Below, piece after piece: positions 40,846 through 47,874 of a DNA stretch of 64,000 bases (positions are counted from its first letter, which is position 1; the number at the start of each line of letters is the position of its first letter). The notes under the pieces were generated by a model. That model had not been told where the DNA came from and searched no databases. It saw nothing but the letters and a program-made list of their open reading frames with translations. The position numbers and the translations under genes are program-made. Source of the stretch: Laetmonice hystrix (Eukaryota); assembly GCA_965235115.1 (NCBI GenBank), contig OZ249445.1:8680001-8744000 (forward strand), written 5' to 3'.

Positions 40846-41014
40846 GGCCCGGTTTCAGAAAGGTTAGCATGATCTCAACTTAAGCTCTGCTTAGCCTTTT
40901 AGGACCCCTGATTGGCTGGTCCTCTGCTGCTCAGCTTCAACCAGCCAATCAGGGGTCCTAAAAGGCTAAGCAGAGCTTAAGTTAAGATCATGCTAACCTT
41001 TCTGAAACCGGGCC
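40846..41014. mobile_element. Fold-back MITE, PIF/Harbinger-like, family A (169 bp)
   Basis: GGCCCGGTTTCAG...CTGAAACCGGGCC flanked by a CAG duplication (40843-40845 and 41015-41017). The loop is the reverse complement of the 3828 copy's loop (1 mismatch), so the two copies are in opposite orientation. Confidence 0.9.
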
Positions 41015-42479
41015 CAGATGTGTGATCAGTTAAAAACGGGATCAAACATTCGCTATCCCATAGGTCTAATTATGTTGTAATGTCTCCTTGCCGTAAACTT
41101 GGAGTAATAATTAGTCCAAGCTCTGACCAATGGTTCTGTTACCATGTGGTAGGGTTTAGGCCAGGAGTTCTATGAATGAGATCGGGGGTCCCAAGATCAT
41201 CATGGCATTTATATGAAATTATAGATTAATAGTTACTTAACTATACATGTACAGTTGTGTACGCATGCATGCATATATTCTACATCCATAACTCCCTGTT
41301 ATATATTATGCATCGATGGATGGATACTTAAAATATACATTGTACATTATACTGAACAGATATAGTATTATAATACATAAATACATATGCCCGTATACGG
41401 ATGGTTATCATGCAGGATCTCCAGGCTGTTTGGATGACATCATACATGATCACGGCTGTCGTCGTCATCATCGCCATCATCATTTCTGCATCATTGCTCC
41501 GTCGTATCGATCCCTATGTACCCAAGCTGCAGCGGTCATCGAGGAGGTTCATATTGATCCCTAAGTAAGCCACGGCACTGAATGTGGCTTGCTTGGGGCC
41601 AAGTACACCTGTTCCGTGAACGATTGGATGGCGGTAGGGGCAGGGGGGTAGAAAGAGAGAAAGAGAAAGGAGGAGGGGGAGGGGGTGCTTTGGGTGGATC
41701 CTCTGTTGTGTACAGATCAGCGTGTACCTACTTACCTCAGCTAGGTGTGAAGGCACAGAGGTCACCAATGGCAGGTCACCGGTGGCAGGTCACGGTAGTA
41801 GCGGCGGTGCCTCGTTAGCACGACCCGACACTGCACCGGGTCCATGTCACGTCAGGCTTTTATTGCATGTATATGTCATAGTTTTGAGACAGTTTGGTGA
41901 CAGGCCATGGCCAGTACTAAGAGCACTACGCCTGATGCCGGAGAGTTTTCCTTTCTGCAAAACTGGGGGATTGTTTGTGCGGGCCGTTATCAGTGTGCAG
42001 TTGTTTGTCAGATGTGACATTCGTGGGGTTTTTTTGGTTAGTTTGGTTGATTCATGTGTATATGTGGGTGTACGTACTTGTGTTTATGGACGTGTACGTT
42101 TAGACATACATATGTTTGTATATTAATACAAGTATTTATAAACCCAAGGTGTGTACGTATGGATGAGTTCTCGTTATGAAAGACATGGCTTGTATTCTTG
42201 ACATGCCTATATTAGCATACCCGTAACTATTACGTCATCTCTATAAATGATGCTCATATTGATGCGAGGTAGTCCGAATAGTGATCCAATGACGCGTACA
42301 AGCCGTGGCCCTCAGAAACAGTGGTCTCACGTATAGGTCCTATACGTACGGTACGACCTTAATAAGTACCAGGATAGAGTTACTTTGATCAAATCGGATT
42401 CCTGGAAAATGTTCACATTCATGTATTACCCACTACTCGGCCACCGACATAGAGTACACCGGCCTGACCCCAGTCCGTC

Positions 42480-42790
42480 CCGGCTGTTCACCTGCGGTTT
42501 TTAAGGCGCGCCATGGCGGTTTGTGTTGCCGTCGCCGGGCGGTTGGCCCGCGGTGAGCCGCCTTGATCGGGATTGACTAAGTAGTCACATGTTAGTATTC
42601 ACTGGTTGACCCTACATTAAAACCAATCGAACGCGCACGTGAGACATGCATGCACGCAAGGTGAGCCACAGCAAGGAGAGTCCCGCCTTGCTGTGGTCTG
42701 ACCCCCCCCCCCCGCCCCCACTCCCTCGCTTGCCGTGCGGTGTAGGCCGGTAAGGGCATGACCCGGGGGCGGGGCATGGCCAACTCCTTA
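42480..42790 (+). promoter_or_regulatory. Candidate promoter and non-coding first exon of the 43444 gene
   Basis: CpG-rich patch with CGCCATGGCG, CCAAT (42623-42627), CACGTG (42636-42641), a GC box (GGGGCGGGGC near 42766-42776), and consensus donors AAG|GTGAGC (42661) and CCG|GTAAGG (42750). Confidence 0.4.
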
Positions 42791-43342
42791 CCTCCGGATT
42801 ATACTGGGCAACCGAATGATCCCATTAATCAATGGTCTAACACATCACTCTGTCCTTGGCAGTGAGGTCAGGTCAAAACACCCGCATCAAAATATTAGAA
42901 ATCTTAAAGATACACAATAATGTTGTATAGTGCCTATAATCGTTGGTATATAAAACTTATGGTTCTACTTTTATAAATGCCTTAATAGTTTCCTGACAAT
43001 GTCCTTGCACCTGTTACTCGTGTTTACAAGCATCGCACATCAAATTTGGTGCAGTAATGTCACAGCCAGCCATCTCAATATAAACCACACTTGTCAAGGA
43101 CAGTGATATGCCATTCTAAAGCTTCATTGGCAGAACAAACTAAGTATATATGACTAGGCTTAAGTTGGTGTCCCTGGGGCACTTGCTGCATCTGTGTAGA
43201 GATGTACTAAGCACAAATGTTGTTAGCCTTGTGAACTTTGAGGTTTGGTATATAGCTAGGGACCCTACCGGTGAAAAGTAACCGACACATCATGTTTATT
43301 CTGGTTTTACTGTCTGCATATTTCCCTTTCTTGTGCTACCTT

Positions 43343-43376
43343 CTCACACGTTGTGTTATTTTTTGTCTTTCTCTAG
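43343..43376 (+). promoter_or_regulatory. 3' splice acceptor (branch point, polypyrimidine tract, TAG) feeding the large coding exon
   Basis: CTCAC branch-like site at 43343-43347, then ttattttttgtctttctctag; the exon would start at 43377. Confidence 0.7.
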
Positions 43377-43443
43377 GTGAGGTGACGGCGTTCACCCTAT
43401 CTGCATACCACGTGCCCCCTGCCCATGCGTGTGAAGTCCTAGC

Positions 43444-46400
43444 ATGCCCGACGTGTTCGAGGCGCCTCTAGCGGCAGCCCCCCTTGACGAAGGCCTGTTG
43501 ACTGTGTCCCCAGCGAGACTCTTGCCGCCCTCGGCCCTCTACCGCCCCCACAGCCGGCAGCGCCGAGCCCTTCTTCCTATGTCGGCCGGGGTCGAGATCA
43601 CGGCCCGTGGAGGCCTCCGTTTGAACCACCATTACCCATCTGACGAACGTCACCATATGCACCATCACCATCACCACCACCTTGATCCCCACAGCCACCA
43701 CCGCCGGCGTCCGGCCGCTGCAGCCGTGCGCTGCCTGGCGGACATTGACCGCACGATGAGGGCTAACGAGAGGTGGGTGCTCCTTAATAAGGAGACCTTC
43801 CAGGAGATCTTTGACGCCACCTTACATGAGATGACCCGCACCCCTGAAGAGCTGCTCGATGAGGCGGGGGACCCCGGCAAAAAACGAGGCCGCTCGCCGG
43901 CCGTCAGCGACACCGCCTCGGACGGTGATAGCAGCAACAACAATAATATCATCAGCAACAACAACAAAACGCACGGTTATCGCCGCAACTGTAGTTCGAG
44001 TGAATGTAGCAGTGGGGCGTACAGTGAACCTGAACAAGACGTCACTCCCTCGTCTGTGACGTCACCAAGCGCGTGCCGGTCGGGTCCGGCTCTAACGGCC
44101 ACAGCGCCGACCGAGTCCGCCAAGTTGACGGTCGCTCTCTCTGACATCACCAATGACGGTCAGGGTCAGCAACGCTATCAGAACGTCGCCGTGACGTCAC
44201 AAACGGCGAGCGGCGACAGCTCCGTACCGTCTCCAGTGTCTGCGTCGCAACAGGTGGGACCTGACCGTGAGAACGAACCATTAGATCTCTCTATGAACCG
44301 CTCCCCTTCGGTGGAGGTGGTGGCCAGTCCGGGCAGTGATCGCGCTGAGACACTGGCCTCTACAAGTAGTAGCAGCTCTACAACCGAAGTCAGCGCTACC
44401 AGCCAAAAACAAGCCATGGCCTGCGTCACATCAGCCACTACTTCAAATGTAATGTCAGTGTCGTCCATGTCTAACGTCATATCGCGCCCCGGTCGGGTTA
44501 GCCCTGGTCGAGCATCTGGTAACGGTGGTAGCGACGAACCCCACCACCAGCGCCACCGGCACCGCCACCACCAGAACCACCACCACCACCACAATACACC
44601 ATCACACAGCAGTGCTGTGCCAATGCCGCTGGCAGCCAGTGGTGCTGGCGGTAGTTCGGGTGCACCGTGCGACCTGAAGGCGGCCAGCCCACGTGGTAGT
44701 GGAAGCAGCGGCGGCAGTGTCTGCCTGGTCGGGCCGTCAGCCAACAAGATACCGGCCCGGCGGGGCTCCCTGCCAGCTGCGGCGGGCGGTGGTGGCAGCA
44801 GCGGTAGTGGCAGGAGCGCCAGCCCCAGAGACCGTCCGACCAGTGAAGTAGCAGCAGCAACATTATCGCCAGCATCACGGGCCATGACCACTTCATCCCC
44901 GCTTCTCTCGTCCCGACCGGCCGCTACGCTCGCCAACATGAAAGCGCGTGGGGAGAACTGGGTGCCGTTTAACAAAGACGCTGTCTACGGCATTGTAGAG
45001 GACGTTATACACCAACTGGAGGATCAGAAAGGATCTGACATCAAGGCACAATCAACGGGAAGGTCCGCAGACACTGTCCTGAAATCAAAGATGCCATCCT
45101 CACCAAACAGTTATAGCAGTGCGCCTAGCAAATCTCATCATAGACTGGATAAGCGTGGCATGAATGATTTTAGTGGGAAACCTTCACGACGGGCAAGTCC
45201 CGTGGACTCTGAGTCGTGCTCAGGTTCAGAGGAGTGTGTGAGCGGAGATGATTCCAATGGATCTAACTCACGCCTTCACAAACCGCGTCCGGCGCGGGGT
45301 CACCCAGGATCATCTATTGGAGTATATGATACGCATGTTGGTAAGCAAAACTCATTGGTGCCAATGTGCAACTTTCATTCTCGACGTGTCAGTGGCGCGA
45401 GCAGTGCAGTGGTAGGTGGGGGGCAGACTAGTCAGGAAGGTGGCATCCCCATTATGGACACAGCAGCGGAAGGTGACCACGCCCTCCCCACTCCTCTCAC
45501 TGACCGCCACTTAGTCTCAGGTGTTATAAGCGCCAGTGGCGCCAGTACCCAGTCAGGTAGCGCCAACAGTAGTCCCACATCCAAGGTCAAGCAGTGCTGG
45601 GTGGCGCTTGATAAAATGTTTGTCTTTGACATTGTCGATTCAGCAATGCGTAAAGCGGACGACACGAAAGGCGATTCTGACGATGGTTCCAGTGACGGGC
45701 GTCACGCTCAGGCCAAGGATCCGGCCGAGTGTGCTCCCAACACCAAGGTAGATAGCAAAGCTAGTGAGACGAGTGCGAGCGGCGCGGGGAAGGGCCCACC
45801 AGGGGGCGCAGTGAAGGAAGGACCTGGGGGCGGCGGCGGGAGGTGTCTGAAAAGACGAAATGAGGGAGCGAATGATAAAGTGTGTGTGTCCAAAAAACGT
45901 CGGGAGGGGGGCGGACAGGACAGCGGCGTCACGTCGCCCCTCCCAGCTCCCACAGCCCCACATAGTCCCAACAATGCCTTGTGCAGCAGCGGACATGGTC
46001 GTACTGTTAACAGTGCCTCCTCACAGTGCCATACAGTGGGAAAAGGTTGCAGTCCCCACCTCAGCTGTCTAGAAGATTTGCTGGCCGAATCAAACAGTCA
46101 AAAGGTGGGCACCAAGACGTGCGGTGACCGTTCCACCCCCCATTCACCGCAAGTCTCGCAGCGTAATTCGCCTGTGGCGAGAGAACTCGGTAACATGCAC
46201 TTGGGTGTCAGCCAAGGGACCGGCATCGATCAAGCCAGCAGCGAAAAAGTTGCCACGGCAAAACAAGAAAATATAAAAGGAGCGCACGCACTGACTCCGG
46301 TTATTAGAACTCTGTGTTCAATGTCTGAAAATAATCAGTGCGCACCGAGTGACACGAAGGAAAGCGATGGTGGCACGCATGCACGAGGCGGCGGGGGAAG

Positions 46401-47118
46401 GCGAGAGGCCGTGGACGTCGGCAATGACGTCGGTAACTCCACTAAACATGGCCTAGTCCCTCTCTCTGCGTCTTCGACTAAAGATGCTCGGAGTAGCCCT
46501 CGACTCGGTTGGATCGCTGTCTCAAAAATTGAGGTCCATAACATATTTGATTCCGTCGTGGACAGCATGATTGCGGATGACGTTGCGGATGACGTTGTGA
46601 CGTCATCGCCGGTACGTAGCGATATCGCCACGGCTCAGTCCCCAGTGCCTTCTTCGTCTGCCTCGACCTCGTCCTCGGCCGGCCGCCAGGGGTCGCCAGC
46701 GTCCTCTCCACTTCCGGCGCGTGACGCCGACTCCTCGACGGCTGCGTCTCCTCCCCCTCCTCCGTCCTCGGCTGGATCCAGCAGTGACAAGCAGCAAACA
46801 GTCGACCGAACCCAAAGTCCCCTCGGGGTCGACAGCCGTGAGAGCGGCGCCCAGTCGCCCCTACCGGCGTCGCCCCAGTCGCCGCGATCTCCAGGCGAGG
46901 CCCACGATCGGAACAGCGATCTGAGGTCGACAAAAGCTTTCAAATGGAAGTCGAGTCTTCTGATGCGCGTCAACGAGGAGAACAAACCCGACGTGGCGCA
47001 ACTTCCGGCTCCCGCCAACACTGCGCATGCGCGGGGAAGTAGTAGCAAACAGAAGAATGACAGTAAAAGTGTAAGGTGTGGTAGAAGGGCAGGAACAACG
47101 AGGAAACATACTAAGTAG
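43444..47118 (+). CDS. Uncharacterised 1,224-aa, largely disordered nuclear protein (putative transcriptional co-regulator scaffold) encoded in one large exon
   Basis: By far the longest ORF in the window (next longest is 265 aa and lies antisense inside it). GC-rich. ATG is preceded by an in-frame TGA at 43432 and a strong acceptor at 43375-43376. Four internal copies of a Trp-anchored 20-aa motif, PLDLS (44278-44292), LEDLL (46069-46083), KKRGR (43879-43893) and bipartite KRR-x11-KKRR (45850-45903). The true 3' end may be spliced at 47071. Confidence 0.85.
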   Translation: MPDVFEAPLAAAPLDEGLLTVSPARLLPPSALYRPHSRQRRALLPMSAGVEITARGGLRLNHHYPSDERHHMHHHHHHHLDPHSHHRRRPAAAAVRCLADIDRTMRANERWVLLNKETFQEIFDATLHEMTRTPEELLDEAGDPGKKRGRSPAVSDTASDGDSSNNNNIISNNNKTHGYRRNCSSSECSSGAYSEPEQDVTPSSVTSPSACRSGPALTATAPTESAKLTVALSDITNDGQGQQRYQNVAVTSQTASGDSSVPSPVSASQQVGPDRENEPLDLSMNRSPSVEVVASPGSDRAETLASTSSSSSTTEVSATSQKQAMACVTSATTSNVMSVSSMSNVISRPGRVSPGRASGNGGSDEPHHQRHRHRHHQNHHHHHNTPSHSSAVPMPLAASGAGGSSGAPCDLKAASPRGSGSSGGSVCLVGPSANKIPARRGSLPAAAGGGGSSGSGRSASPRDRPTSEVAAATLSPASRAMTTSSPLLSSRPAATLANMKARGENWVPFNKDAVYGIVEDVIHQLEDQKGSDIKAQSTGRSADTVLKSKMPSSPNSYSSAPSKSHHRLDKRGMNDFSGKPSRRASPVDSESCSGSEECVSGDDSNGSNSRLHKPRPARGHPGSSIGVYDTHVGKQNSLVPMCNFHSRRVSGASSAVVGGGQTSQEGGIPIMDTAAEGDHALPTPLTDRHLVSGVISASGASTQSGSANSSPTSKVKQCWVALDKMFVFDIVDSAMRKADDTKGDSDDGSSDGRHAQAKDPAECAPNTKVDSKASETSASGAGKGPPGGAVKEGPGGGGGRCLKRRNEGANDKVCVSKKRREGGGQDSGVTSPLPAPTAPHSPNNALCSSGHGRTVNSASSQCHTVGKGCSPHLSCLEDLLAESNSQKVGTKTCGDRSTPHSPQVSQRNSPVARELGNMHLGVSQGTGIDQASSEKVATAKQENIKGAHALTPVIRTLCSMSENNQCAPSDTKESDGGTHARGGGGRREAVDVGNDVGNSTKHGLVPLSASSTKDARSSPRLGWIAVSKIEVHNIFDSVVDSMIADDVADDVVTSSPVRSDIATAQSPVPSSSASTSSSAGRQGSPASSPLPARDADSSTAASPPPPPSSAGSSSDKQQTVDRTQSPLGVDSRESGAQSPLPASPQSPRSPGEAHDRNSDLRSTKAFKWKSSLLMRVNEENKPDVAQLPAPANTAHARGSSSKQKNDSKSVRCGRRAGTTRKHTK

Positions 47119-47363
47119 ACCTTCTTCGTATGGGCTACATAGCATGCGTTATGTGCAGTCTGGACACTTAAGATACCAAATTGGTGCAGTTTAGCATTCT
47201 AATTATAATTGGACACACGCCAGATGCCTTTCACACTGATGTAATCCAGTGCAAAAACAGGGGAAATCGAACTCATCATTACTGGGTTCAAGATGAGGAG
47301 ATAGATACACATCTCTGTACTGTAGCATTTAGCCAAGCGTTGTTTGGATCAGAACCAGGTATA

Positions 47364-47376
47364 CGCCCTCTAGTGG
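47364..47376 (-). promoter_or_regulatory. CTCF-like motif just 3' of the large ORF
   Basis: Minus strand reads CCACTAGAGGGCG. Confidence 0.45.
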
Positions 47377-47817
47377 CAGAAGTGTGTCATCATGACCATG
47401 TTTGAGTTTTAATTATGTAACACACCTGAGCCACGGTACGCTAACATCGCACAGGTAGAGTTTTCGTGAACGTCCAAGACGTCAGTAACTCTATATAAAG
47501 GCTCACATTTCCTTCTCCCGGTAAAAAGACGCCAAAAGATTATTTTTCAAAACTCGCTTTTTCAGGTTGCATATAGGATAGTGGTCCCCCCATCTGAAAC
47601 ATGTAGGGTTGGCAGTGACTAATATATTAAACTGGTGTCGCGAACCAGAGAAAGGTGGTTAGGATGCCCATTCTGTATACAAATGGTGCCACAGGCGGAA
47701 AAGTTATGTCTGTCACCAGAATATTATTGACGAGGAAACATATCGAAAACAGAAGAGGGTGAAACCAGGTGGTCGAGGGTCGACGATGTAGGTGTAAACT
47801 AACTTACGTATCTGTCA

Positions 47818-47874
47818 ATGTGCAAGGACAGTGAAGATGTGCAAGGACAGTGAATATGTGCAAAGACAGTGAAG
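47818..47874. repeat. 19-bp tandem repeat x3
   Basis: ATGTGCAA(G/A)GACAGTGAA(G/T)-type unit three times. Confidence 0.9.

Noticed and set aside
43468-47145. Antisense and alternative-frame ORFs within the large CDS (for example 44178-44975 minus, 265 aa)
   Set aside because: Expected shadows of a GC-rich, low-complexity coding strand; no independent motifs.
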